Shown: in pieces, positions 25,543-37,726 of the stretch | Position numbering within the stretch: position 1 is the first letter of the stretch | Layout of the letters: each line of letters begins with the position of its first letter | Source of the DNA: Octopus bimaculoides | Taxonomy: Eukaryota | DNA length: 64,000 nt | Direction of reading: 5' to 3' | Assembly (NCBI RefSeq): GCF_001194135.2 | Contig: NC_068982.1 | Coordinates: forward strand, 114,960,487 to 115,024,486 | Notes under the pieces: model-generated | The model's input: only the letters and a program-made list of their open reading frames with translations | Told to the model about the DNA's origin: nothing | Database searches by the model: none | Program-made: the position numbers and the translations under genes

Positions 25543-26532
25543 TCCTCCCTGTCTCTCGTTGCTCACCTATATTCTACTTCCTCCCCTTTTTCTCTCCTTC
25601 TACCACTCTTTCTCCTTACCCCTCGCTGGTCACGTGTGTCCGGCTACTTCTTCCTTTCCTATCTTGGCCATTGCCAAGCTCGCACGAACTTTCTTCTCTC
25701 TTCCTTCCAGTTCGTCACATCACAGCGTACAGTATACATATACATTTTTTTCACGTCTGGCCTTATAGCCCTTCTTGTTTATTTCCACTGTTTCGTTTTC
25801 CTGTCTTGTTTTCTGTTCGCCACTACATTCCCCCGCATTTAAAGTAATTTTGCTACTATTTCATTTGACAGAAATAGTGGCAGAATCACTGTAAATATTT
25901 TACTCCGTGGATCTTAAACTATGTTAAATCATTTTGATTGTTCTTTATTTTCAAGTTCATGAATTCATCTGACGAAAACAGCTTCTTTATAATGATGTAA
26001 TGTTTTCAGTAATCAATAAAAGGAGTGGTTGGAAACGGCCGTAATGGATTGACATTTCTATCTCTACTGTTACTCAATTATATTTTATTCACCTATCTCG
26101 GAATCTGCCCTTCGTAAATATTATGGACTGTATATTTAATATAATGTATATGTCTGAATAGCTCAACAGCAGATTTCTTGATTCAGCTGGGTCTAATTGT
26201 CTACATACACTGCACGAATATCATTCAGCCGGTTATTTACATAACGTTGTTGCATGTGTATATTATTCCGACCTAATGAGGTACCTCAGTTTAAGTACCT
26301 AATTCAACTGAATCATACTTGCGCGTGTATGTGTTTGCGTGCGTGCGTGCGTGTGCGTGTATGTGTGTGTGCGTGCGTGTCTATAGTTCAAATTTACAGA
26401 AAACAAAAGTCGAAGACAGGTGAAGGAACAAGAAGCCGGTGTATTAGTTTACCGCTCGGGAAGAATGGTGAAGTTTTGGCAGAAAGGATTGAGAGAAAAG
26501 AGAAGCGAAGAATATATGAACATATAACATGA

Positions 26533-26582
<50 letters not shown>

Positions 26583-26704
26583 TATGTAAATAAGTACACA
26601 TCATATATATTCATATACATATAGGTGTGTGCGTGTATGTGTTTATGTACGTATTGGTTAAAAACATTTGAAAGAAGAAATTACAATTTGTAAGATAAAT
26701 ATAG

Positions 26705-26850
26705 GTGTGGTAGGAAGTTACCTTCCTAACCATGTAGTTCCTAGGTCCAGTCTCACTGCGTGGCACCTTTGGCAAATGTCTTCTATAATAGCCCGGAGAG
26801 ACGAAAGCTTTGAATGGATATGGTAAACCGAAATTGAAAGAAGTAGAGAG
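26705..26850 (+). mobile_element. SINE family A head fragment just upstream of the paired-domain exon
   Basis: gtggtaggaag...ccatgtagttcctaggtccagtctcactgcgtggcacctttggcaaatgtcttcta. Confidence 0.75.
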
Positions 26851-26965
26851 AGAGGGAGGGAGGGAAGGAGGGAGAGATACATACATATACGTATGCATGT
26901 ATTTGTGCATACAAACACATAAATATCATATGTATTTATATTTATTTTATTTGTTTATTTTACAG

Positions 26966-27127
26966 GCGGATTTTGCGATCCAGCCATATTTTCCGGTCGA
27001 TATGGAACAATTGGTGGCAGCAAGCCTAAAGTGGCCACACCAAATGTCGTGGCAAAAATTGAGGAATATAAATTAGAAAATCCTTCTATTTTCGCTTGGG
27101 AAATAAGAGAAAAGCTTATGGCTGATG
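26966..27127 (+). CDS. eyg: eyegone-like Pax gene, paired-domain linker + RED helices 1-2 exon
   Basis: Acceptor TTTATTTTACAG| and donor |GTAAGC; 162 nt, phase 1-1. Translates (G)[53 protein letters not shown](G), an unmistakable paired-domain GGSKP...FAWEIR segment. It is not in the supplied ORF track because that reports another frame. Confidence 0.93.
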
Positions 27128-28229
27128 GTAAGCTATCTTTATCTGGTAATAATTGCTTTCTTATGATTAATGTATAAGGTGCGTGAGCTTATAAAGCGTG
27201 CTTCGGTTTTGGGAAGCACGTTCTTGAAAAATTTTTTAAAACTGTTTTCAAATTAGACATATGTAGCCTCCTCAAACCGCATTTTAAATTTTGGTGTATT
27301 TCTGTCCTTACGAAATCCTACTATATCTTATTAAAAGATAATTAATCTTTTGGCGTCTATATTTCGGTATAGTCTAAAGAAGTCTGCAGTGTAAGGATAT
27401 TCCGTGTGTTCCTGCCTTATCACTGTGATTCGACCCGAGAATTACTTAAAAGGTAAACGCGCCTGCTTAATTGTCAATTGCTTTTACGAATAGGAATTCA
27501 GTTGGTCGAATGACTGAATGTCATCATCGAGACCGACGATGTATCCAACTCTTACATTCACACACGCACGCAAGCACCCCCCCCACACACACACACACAA
27601 ATATTCATGCATACTTGCATGCATGCACAGGATTCCCAAAAGCAGACCGGAGAAAGCTAATTAGAAGACTGCAGACACAAGCCATGAATGTAACTGTCGA
27701 AATATGTAAGCTTTTCCAAAAGTTTAGCATATTAGTACATATAGACATGCAACAATATGTATGTGTATAAAAACATAAAATAAAAAACTCCAATAAGGGA
27801 ATCTAAAAATCTGTTCTTACTCTATTGGCAAGAAATCTAGAAATAATATTATATAACATACATAACACATACATATATACATCCATGCATGCATGCATCC
27901 ATGCATACATGTGGAATATATATGCACGTTACACACATAAACAGTAATAAAACACACATACACCTGTGTTTTATAGTGTCAGATACACTTACGACTGCAA
28001 GGTTAGCCATACGTGAATACATGCGTACAACACGCGCATATGTATGCTTACAACGCGCATATAGATATGCATACCACAACCAAATCGGGTAACAGCTAAT
28101 CCCAATAAACTGTCTTGACGTAAACAGAAGAGCTTTGCTACTTTGTTAGTGATCAGCTCCAATTCTGCAAAGGAAAAATAAAACTAAATTATATTCCAAA
28201 GAAATATACGAAAAATGTACGCGCACACG

Positions 28230-28266
<37 letters not shown>

Positions 28267-28583
28267 GCACACGGATACATACATACATAGATACATACTA
28301 CCTTCGAAACGTGGAGTAGATGAACAGGGACAACCGATGAAAGGGAATATTCTTTATATTGCACGTCTCGTTTCTCTGTTTTTTTCGTTGTTTGAAAAAC
28401 AGTTCGTTTTCTGTTTTCGTTTCTCATTGTGTTTGACTTTTTTTTTGTGATGTCCTGTACCCACATATGCATGTATTTATACATATAGATGTAGGTATGT
28501 ATATATATGTATGGATATATGCATATATTCATATATTATTTATACTATTATATGATCGAACGCCACGCATCCTTCTCCAAGTA

Positions 28584-28633
<50 letters not shown>

Positions 28634-28919
28634 AATATATGTATATGTACATATATGTACGTTTATGAATTTGTATTGCAAGTCTCTTGATGTGAAACCG
28701 TGTGTTGAAACAGAAGTTGTATTTCGAGATGGTAGGGGTTTTTTTTGCCAAATAAACACACGCACTATATATTCATTCTTCATTCGTTTATTACTGTTAT
28801 TATTTTAACTCATGTCCATTGTCCGGAAATCTTTAGTCACACATCTGTGACCTCTTCAGCGACACTTTCCGTCCTCGAGAGTGCTCCTGCTCCACTTAGT
28901 CCATTCTGTTCTTCTATGA

Positions 28920-29120
28920 TGTGTATCTGTGTTCTAAGGGCCCGCAATTGTTCAACATCCTTCCAAGCAACCTTAGAGAACTACATGGTGTTGATGTGGA
29001 AGTTTTCAAGGAACGTCTGGACAGGTTTCTATTTGAGATACCAGATGAACCGACATCGCGGCAAAGAAGAGCAGCTCCGTCCAACTCGTTACTTTACCGA
29101 AAACAATATCGGAAACAACA
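28920..29120 (+). mobile_element. CR1-group LINE 3' end fragment
   Basis: KGPQLFNILPSNLR...VEVFKERLDRFLFEIPDEP...AAPSNSLL, homologous to the end of the 3668-4285 ORF. Confidence 0.8.
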
Positions 29121-29390
29121 CCACTACCGGTGGTGCACCAGCATGACCTCAACACTGGGCTGAAACCAGTAAAAGATAAAAGATATATATATATAGTAAA
29201 TCCAAAAAACAAGAACAAACACAAGAAAATAGCAACAATGCGAGGACGTGGTACATGCAAAGTATTAGGAGACGCTCTGGGAAGGAAAGAAAGATGGTTT
29301 TATGTTTCGAGCTGTGGTGTTATGAGCCAGGTTGTGTTGTAGGGAAGGATCGGAAGTGAGGGAGTTGGCATGTCCTGTCGGAAGTGAGGC

Positions 29391-29444
<54 letters not shown>

Positions 29445-29543
29445 AATAATAATAATAATAATAATAATCCCTTAATACCAAATTCTAAGGGGAGTAGTAG
29501 TAGGAAGTCTTTTAACCATGAGTACTAAATACAAGTGAATAAA

Positions 29544-29960
29544 TGCTTGTGTAACTTTAAAAACAAAATTGTCTGTCCTTTAGAAAATCAGTGTTTAACG
29601 AAAAATATAGTGTATCAATGTAAGGTAATAATAGAGGATCATAAGTATTATTACATAGGTACATCTGCTACAGTTTGGAAATTTAGATTTCATAATCATT
29701 CTCATTGATTTAAATATGGAAAAAATGTAATTCTACAATTATTAGTAAATGCATTTGGGATTCAAAAGACAGGAACATTAAGTATGATTTAAAGTGGTCC
29801 CTTATTAGTTACGCACCATCGTACAATATTGGCAAATCTACATGTGATTTTGCCTTGAAAAAATGTGTTATATAATTACTTGTAACTTAATGTTATTAAA
29901 TTTCAATGGGAACTTTAAAATGCGGTGTTGTCACAAGTTTCGGAAGATATTTAAAAATTT
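29544..29960 (+). mobile_element. decayed Penelope-like element, GIY-YIG endonuclease fragment
   Basis: CLCNFKNKIVCPLENQCLTKNIVYQCKV....YYYIGTSATVWKFRFHNH then, after a frameshift, STIISKCIWDSKDRNIKYDLKWSLISYAPSYNIGKSTC. Confidence 0.8.
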
Positions 29961-30249
29961 CAATTCTTAATTATAATTTCTTATCATATATCATATTATA
30001 AGCACAATATAAAAGAAAACTTTACTATATTTAATAAATAGATAACTAATTGTTGTGAGGTAGAATCTCTGTTTCTAATTGTCGTACCGTAGAATTCTTT
30101 TTATTCTTTTGTTGAATACAAAAAAATAGATTTTCTAGTATTTTCTGATATATTAATTTGAATATTTTCTATATCTAAATATGTTGATGCAACAAAAATG
30201 ATTGTCGGCTTTGTATGGTGGAGTCAAGAATTAAAGATGTGATTTTCTT

Positions 30250-30630
30250 TAAGCGCAGGAGTGGCTGTGTGGTAAGAAGTTTACTGACCAACCACATGGT
30301 TCCGGGTCCAGTCTCACTGCGTGGCACCTTGGGCAAGTGTCTTCTACTATAGCCTCGGGCCGACCAAAGCCTTGTGAGTGGATCTGGTAGACGGAAACTG
30401 AAAGACGTCCATCGTATGTGTGTGTGTTTGTGTATCTGTGTTTATTCCCCACCATCGCTTGACAACCGATGTTAGTGTGTTTACGTCCCCGTAACTTAGC
30501 TGTTCGGCAAAAGAAACCAATAGAATAAGTACTAGGCTTACAAAGAATAAGTCTTGGGGTCGATTTGTTCAACTAGAGGCGGTACTCCAGCATGGCCGCA
30601 GTCAAATGACTGAAACAAGTACAAGAGTAA
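30250..30630 (+). mobile_element. full-length SINE family A
   Basis: tRNA-like head gcaggagtggctgtgtggtaagaag...ggttccgggtccagtctcactgcgtggc, body and 3' end aaatgactgaaacaagtacaagagtaaa. Confidence 0.88.
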
Positions 30631-30697
30631 ACGAGTATATGTGTGTGTGTGTGTGTGTGTGTGTACGTGTGTGTTTGTGTGTGTGTGTGCGTGTGTT

Positions 30698-30742
<45 letters not shown>

Positions 30743-33700
30743 ACGAACAAATTTACATATACATATATTGTATGTATGTATGTATAGACAAGCAGATAGA
30801 CATCTCTGCATAGATAATTTTTGTTTCCACGCCATAATTTCAAAATCTTGATCAACACCTTCAACCTAACAGCTTAGAGAAATCGACTAAAGCGAGATTG
30901 GGATAGAGAAAAGGAAAGATTGAAAGTGAGGAGAGAAAAAGTGAGTGAGTGAGTGAGTGAGTGGGGCAAGAGAGAGAGAATGACATACTCAGACTGACTG
31001 AGAATACAAAAACCGAAAACTTTGATTTTGAACAATAAGTTTGTCGTTATTGCCAAAACATTCACACTATCACAGTAACACAGATTACCGAACTAAACTT
31101 CTAGCCTGCCTACTGTTTCATGTCGTACTCTACTTCCTTTCATACATTTAACAATAAAACGTTTTGTTACTTCCATTTTGAATGCCCTCATTATACAAAG
31201 GTGTCGCCAAAAGTTAGCTTCTACTTCCGGTTCAAATGAAGCTACAATCACGACCTAATATAAAGCTGGTCATATTCTTCACCTTACTCTATATACTTTG
31301 TGCACAAATTAACGGTATTCTTTTCGTCTAAGTTTGCACAGTGAAATATCTAGTTATTTATTTCATTTCTGTTTATCTTTTTATTTATTTATTTTCTATT
31401 TTATTGCATTTATCTTTTATTTATTAAGTTTTTAATTGTATTTATTTTTTTGTTTATTTGAGTTTTTGTCCACCTTACCACATCAAATAATATAACGTTA
31501 TCTCTTTTTTTTTTCCTTGATAACTAATGTCATATTGTGAATGAGGCCACACTATAGTTAAATAGTGATAGATTTTGCACACTTTCCTTATTGAAGTCTG
31601 GCAGATTGAAGTGTGACTATACCTCGAGAAGTGTGAAGATTTTATTGTGGCTTAGACCCAAATCTGGCCTACTTGAACAGATCTACTATGGAAGAGTTCT
31701 AAGTGCGGCCATCCTTTCTTTGTGTAGATTAGAGACTACAATTTTAAAGTGTCCATTTGTAAAAACAGTAGAGAATGATTTGAAGGAATTTGAGCGTTCT
31801 TTCTCGTAGGTCGAAGGAACACACCGAGGCTCCCTCTTAATTTCGTATGAAGGAGAGTATCGCCATCTCTCTAAATGTAACCACTCGTAAACTGAGTTCC
31901 TATTGGTATATTCTCCGATTATCTTCTCGTAGCATATATTTTGGAAATGAACATATGTGTGTGCATGTATATTGTGTCTATATGTCAATAGCTACTTAAA
32001 TGAGTATCTATGTGTGTGTGTGTGTGCGCGCGCGCGCATGAGAAATGAACCAGAGTATTTCAAATGTACAGACCTTGCAAATCAGCCGTCGATCTTGTAA
32101 ATTTTACTTGAAACCGCAAAGAACCATTTCAAAGAACTGTTTCAAAATGAATGTGACGTCAACCATAATCATTTTCACATGTATGTTTGTACAACTATAA
32201 TATTGTTGGACTGTACCTCTTAGCCAGGATGTGCTTTATGTGTTGAACCGTAGCTATCTAACAGCTGTACCTTGATCTATCAAACATAAGGTACTTTCGA
32301 TATTACAGCTGTTAAGTAGTTTTTATATTTGTCAAAAAGATTTTAAACTAGGCTAGAATGAAAACTAAAATGATACCGTGAAGTATATTTGCCACTTAAA
32401 TGTGGCAAACCCTATACTTCACGATGTCGTGCAGCTAATGTTTATACCTCGCTCAGAGATTTATTATAAAATGATACCATACACAACATTATCAAATATG
32501 TCTTAGACGGTGAACGGTAATAATAGCACGGTAAAAATGACACAGGTAAAAATGACACAGGTAAAAATGTCACAGGTAAAAATGGCATAGGTACAATAAG
32601 CTTACTGGCACAACAAGCTTACTGAAATATACACTATTGGCAAAAGAAGAAGAAAGCTTTTACGTATGTATATGTTTATATAACGCTATGTATATAGTTA
32701 CCGTCTATATCTATCTATCTATATATATATATATATNNNNNNNNNNNNNNNNNNNNNNNNNNNNNNNNNNNNNNNNNNNNNNNNNNNNNNNNNNNNNNNN
32801 NNNNNNNNNNNNNNNNNNNNNNNNNNNNNNNNNNNNNNNNNNNNNNNNNNNNNNNNNNNNNNNNNNNNNNNNNNNNNNNNNNNNNNNNNNNNNNNNNNNN
32901 NNNNNNNNNNNNNNNNNNNNNNNNNNNNNNNNNNNNNNNNNNNNNNNNNNNNNNNNNNNNNNNNNNNNNNNNNNNNNNNNNNNNNNNNNNNNNNNNNNNN
33001 NNNNNNNNNNNNNNNNNNNNNNNNNNNNNNNNNNNNNNNNNNNNNNNNNNNNNNNNNNNNNNNNNNNNNNNNNNNNNNNNNNNNNNNNNNNNNNNNNNNN
33101 NNNNNNNNNNNNNNNNNNNNNNNNNNNNNNNNNNNNNNNNNNNNNNNNNNNNNNNNNNNNNNNNNNNNNNNNNNNNNNNNNNNNNNNNNNNNNNNNNNNN
33201 NNNNNNNNNNNNNNNNNNNNNNNNNNNNNNNNNNNNNNNNNNNNNNNNNNNNNNNNNNNNNNNNNNNNNNNNNNNNNNNNNNNNNNNNNNNNNNNNNNNN
33301 NNNNNNNNNNNNNNNNNNNNNNNNNNNNNNNNNNNNNNNNNNNNNNNNNNNNNNNNNNNNNNNNNNNNNNNNNNNNNNNNNNNNNNNNNNNNNNNNNNNN
33401 NNNNNNNNNNNNNNNNNNNNNNNNNNNNNNNNNNNNNNNNNNNNNNNNNNNNNNNNNNNNNNNNNNNNNNNNNNNNNNNNNNNNNNNNNNNNNNNNNNNN
33501 NNNNNNNNNNNNNNNNNNNNNNNNNNNNNNNNNNNNNNNNNNNNNNNNNNNNNNNNNNNNNNNNNNNNNNNNNNNNNNNNNNNNNNNNNNNNNNNNNNNN
33601 NNNNNNNNNNNNNNNNNNNNNNNNNNNNNNNNNNNNNNNNNNNNNNNNNNNNNNNNNNNNNNNNNNNNNNNNNNNNNNNNNNNNNNNNNNNNNNNNTAAT

Positions 33701-33779
33701 AGAAAAATGTTACAAAAAGAAAATAGAAACCACATGGGGAAATGTAAGGGGGAAGTAAGAAAAATAAGCAAAAATGCAC

Positions 33780-35150
33780 ATTGGAAATCAAAAAAAGTAA
33801 ACGCTTTTTATGAAAAGTAGCGATAGATATATACAATTAGATGAACTGAGGTAGTAATAAAAGTAACAAAAGTCATTCTTGTGAATTGTTAAAGAGATTC
33901 AAAGGCATACCGGTTTCGTAAAATTACTGATCACTGCTTTGAATGAGCACCGATTACCGAACGGTGTCGGGTCTACTAGTCCCTGAGTAATGAGATTATG
34001 TGTAAGGGAGGTAAGTAGTTCTGGATTGGGTGCAATTAGGGTAGATATAAATCTGTAATGTGAATGGTGTATGGGATGTATAGGGGTTAGTGGTATTAAT
34101 TGAAAGGTTAGTAGTGTTCTGTATTGTTATATGTTCATATTGAATTGTGGAAGATATTTATTGATGAAAGTTGCCCCATTATTCCTTCTTTGCTGTACTG
34201 AGATGTTTTGTGATTATTGATAGAAGGGGAAAATTAGGAAATTAGGATTAAGGTTCCTAGCACAACTTTCTATGTGTTCACTGACCTGTAAATGTCTGTA
34301 TTGTGGGTGGCGGATTTGTTCTTTGTGGAGAGTGGTTCTTCGACGGAGTGATATTCCTGTTTGGCCAATATAATGATTACCACACCCTAAGCAGGTAATG
34401 GCATAGATTAGGTTTTCCGAGGCACAGGTGAAATTTGATTTAACCTTAAATATTTCATCTTGTTTAAAGTGGACTCTGAACCCTCTAAAAAGTGGGGGCA
34501 TGTACCACAGTTAGGTCGACCACATTTTTTCACTTTTGGTTCTGTTGTTAATGGATATAGTCTTGCATTGGTTAATATTTTTTTCAATGATTTCGGTTGT
34601 ATTTTGCTTTTGATAATTTTATGTGAGCCTATAATTTTGTTCATTGTTTTATCTCCTGTGAGGATAGGTAGATTTTGGATGATAATGTTGAAGGCTTTGT
34701 TGTTTCTAGGGTTATGTGTGGAGATGTATGAGAGTATTTCTAAGTCTGGTGTAGTATTTCGGTTGACTTCCCTTAATGTTCGTATATCTATTTCCTTATC
34801 TCGTTTAATGCCATCATTTATTAATGATATTGGACAATGTCTTTTGATTAGTATTGATCTGAGTTCACGGAGTCTTCGTTCACGAGTATAGGTGTCCGAA
34901 ACTATGGTACAGATTCTTTTCGCTAGATTATAAGGTATATTAATTTTTATGTGTTTAGGTTGGTATGAGTTGAATAATAGGTATTGTTTAGAATCTGTGG
35001 GTTTATAGAAGATGTCTGTTTCGATGTGGTTATTGACTATTTTAATTGGGATATCAAGAAAAGGGAGTTGTTTACTGCTGTATTCCATGGTGAATTGTAT
35101 GTTGCTATTAATATTGTTAAGCATTATTTTGAAATCGAGGAGTTTTTCCA
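33780..35150 (-). mobile_element. Penelope-like element (RT thumb + GIY-YIG), 5'-truncated, frameshifted, antisense in an eyg intron
   Basis: LNNINSNIQFTME...LPFLDI...TDIFYKPTDSKQYL.F.S..P...K.NIPY (PLE RT); CGRPNCGTCP; FTCASENLIYAITCLGCGNHYIGQTG..LRRR...HKEQIR (GIY-YIG). Confidence 0.92.
33897..33944 (-). ncRNA. minimal type I hammerhead ribozyme-like motif with G3-C8 core variant
   Basis: The - strand reads UUCAAAGCA-GUGAUCA-GUAA UU UUAC-GAAA-CCGG-UA-UGCCUUUGAA: stem I about 10 bp with one bulge, stem II G-C/U-A/A-U, palindromic stem III ACCGGU, GUA cleavage triplet. It lies about 270 nt downstream of the PLE ORF on the same strand. Confidence 0.7.
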
Positions 35151-35310
35151 TGCTAGGAGTAGATAGACAGCCGGCAACTGATGAAGGGTCGTTCTTTGTG
35201 TTACTTGTCCTGTTTTCCATTTGTTTCTCTCGTTGTTTGCGTATTGAACTCATTTGTTAGCTTGCGTATTTCATGTTGTTTACCGTTGGTGACGTCCTGT
35301 ACCCATATAT
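35150..35310. repeat. dispersed repeat (gtgacgtcctgtaccca family), second copy at about 28300-28465
   Basis: Shared gagtagat...caactgatgaaggg...gtgacgtcctgtaccca / gtgatgtcctgtaccca; possibly a PLE terminal repeat. Confidence 0.6.
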
Positions 35311-35929
35311 GTATGTGTGTGTGTGTATGCATATATATATATATTTATATGACACTATGTATGTGTGTATGTATGTATGTATGTATGTATGTATGTATGT
35401 ATGTATGTATGTTTGCATGTATGTATAAAGTGAAGAATGGAACTAGTAAAATACGGACTACGAGCCAATATTGTATATTTCAGTAAGCTTACTGTGACAG
35501 TTTTACCTATTTTTTTCACTTGTACCATGTTTACCTATGATTTTAAATCAGGATATGTATCAGCATGTAAACATTTACTTCAAAGTGAAAGTCAATTTCG
35601 TAAGCTATTGTGACATTCTGCCAATTAGGCATGGTTGTCATACTAAATTATAAGTCCCCTTCCGCTGTAATATATGAATCTAGTCTGAGCCATATAACGT
35701 ATCGAGTGCAAACAATTATAAAGCACCCTTCTCTGATATATTACTACATATCAATATAATAGTTCATGATGTGGCTTTAATTAGCACTAAATGATAATCA
35801 TTTATTTCACTCTATTCTTCTCAATCCTAGCATCGCACACTCCAAATTGTATCAAGATCCCGCATAATGCACATTATATACCGAAGGTATAAAGAGGGAC
35901 AATCTAGAGAAATACTTTTTTTTATCTGT

Positions 35930-36720
35930 TGTTTACAGATAAGGTACAGAGACACCCGGCTTCGATGCAATGTTTACTGAAGGCATAAAGAGATTTTTAA
36001 CGTTGTTCTGGTGTTGACTGAACAGATAACGAACAGGTATAATTTCAGAGTGATTTTGCCTTGATCTAACGTTTAATGGAGACAGAAAATGGGACATTGA
36101 TTTCTAATGCTTACTGAAAAGATACAGAGAAACTTAGCTTTGATTTAATGTGGTTTAAAGAATTGAAGAAGATGGAGATGTGGTTTTCACCTACAATTTA
36201 CTGAAGGGCTAAAGAAGAAAATTTGGTTGTGAAATGTGAACCGAAAAGCTGAAGATGAAGACTTTTCTCTGATCCACCATTACATGAAGAGCTAAAGATG
36301 AAATCTTGGCTTTAGATATGTTGTTTATTGAAAGGTTAAAGATAAAGATTTAATTTTGATCTGCTTTTTAATGATGGGCTAAAATCATGGCTAGAGACAG
36401 AGGTTTGGTTTTCACGTGTTGTTTATTGAGTGGTTAAAAAGTTAGAGGGTTGAGTTTCATAAGAAGAGAATTAACTTTGATATGTTGTTTACTGAAGGAA
36501 TAAAGATGAGGACCTAGATTTAATACAAAGAGACTTTTCCTTGTTCTATTCTTTACCATGAAAAGGCATGAAAAGGAAAAAAATAATAAAAAAATTAGAG
36601 TGGGAGTGAGTGTAATAGCTTTGATAACAAAGAATGATAGGAAACTGGGGGTGAACATCGATTTTAAGTAAACTATAAAGTTATATGCTGTCTCAGCAAC
36701 ATTAGCTGACACATGAGACA
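35930..36720. repeat. degenerate irregular tandem repeat with recurring TGTTTACTGAAGG.TAAAGA
   Basis: Motif variants near 35973, 36016, 36107, 36197, 36324, 36420 and 36486. Confidence 0.6.
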
Positions 36721-37691
36721 TAAAAGAGGAGAGATAACAACATAATGGAATTCAGATAGAAACGTGTGTCGCTCCTACAACATAACTTTTACAAGAAATC
36801 AATTGATAACTCTCTTAGGAATAAACACATTTAAACAGAGCTACCTTCTTTCTTTCTATACCACATTTTCTTTTTTTTTTCTTTTTTCTGTGGGAGGTTT
36901 TGTCTTTCTTTCCGTCTGTTTGTCTATTAAGCTCTCTCTCTCTCTCTCCCTCCCTCCCCATCTCCTCCTCTCTCTCTTAGTCTCTTTGTCCATTTTCTCT
37001 GTTTACAAATATCAATGCCCGTGTCCATTTGTGTTGCATGTTTGTGTGTTTGCGTATGTGTGGTGTGTGTCTGTGTCTGCCTGTGTGTGTGTGTGTAGTG
37101 TGTGGTATGTGTGGTGTGTGTGCGTGTTTGTGTGTATTTGTAGGTTTGCTTGTGTGTGTGCGCTTGTGTGTGCGTATGTGTGTGATGTGTGTGTGGCGTG
37201 TGTGGGTGCGNNNNNNNNNNNNNNNNNNNNNNNNNNNNNNNNNNNNNNNNNNNNNNNNNNNNNNNNNNNNNNNNNNNNNNNNNNNNNNNNNNNNNNNNNN
37301 NNNNNNNNNNNNNNNNNNNNNNNNNNNNNNNNNNNNNNNNNNNNNNNNNNNNNNNNNNNNNNNNNNNNNNNNNNNNNNNNNNNNNNNNNNNNNNNNNNNN
37401 NNNNNNNNNNNNNNNNNNNNNNNNNNNNNNNNNNNNNNNNNNNNNNNNNNNNNNNNNNNNNNNNNNNNNNNNNNNNNNNNNNNNNNNNNNNNNNNNNNNN
37501 NNNNNNNNNNNNNNNNNNNNNNNNNNNNNNNNNNNNNNNNNNNNNNNNNNNNNNNNNNNNNNNNNNNNNNNNNNNNNNNNNNNNNNNNNNNNNNNNNNNN
37601 NNNNNNNNNNNNNNNNNNNNNNNNNNNNNNNNNNNNNNNNNNNNNNNNNNNNNNNNNNNNNNNNNNNNNNNNNNNNNNNNNNNNNNNNNNN

Positions 37692-37726
<35 letters not shown>

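Larger units (their letters stand above)
32520..35545. mobile_element. pair of inverted arms with 15-bp subterminal repeats (GGTAAAAATGACACA) enclosing a gap and a Penelope-like element
   Basis: caagcttactgaaatatacactattggc (about 32612-32641) is inverted at gccaatattgtatatttcagtaagcttactg (about 35464-35494), followed by degenerate ttttaccta/tttaccta repeats. Confidence 0.6.

Noticed and set aside
28305-28350. CCTTC-GAAA...CCGATGA-AAGG permuted hammerhead-like arrangement (related CTGATGAAGGG at 35178)
   Set aside because: Could not form stem I between the putative cleavage site and the core; probably coincidental within a dispersed repeat.
30250-30330. tRNA gene calls at SINE heads (also 39004, 56400, 59560)
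   Set aside because: A/B-box-like motifs continue into SINE bodies and do not form complete cloverleaves.
35572-35619. 48-nt phase 1-1 candidate exon (GYVSACKHLLQSESQF) in the eyg intron
   Set aside because: No similarity to RED helix 3, weak donor context, and it adjoins a repeat arm.
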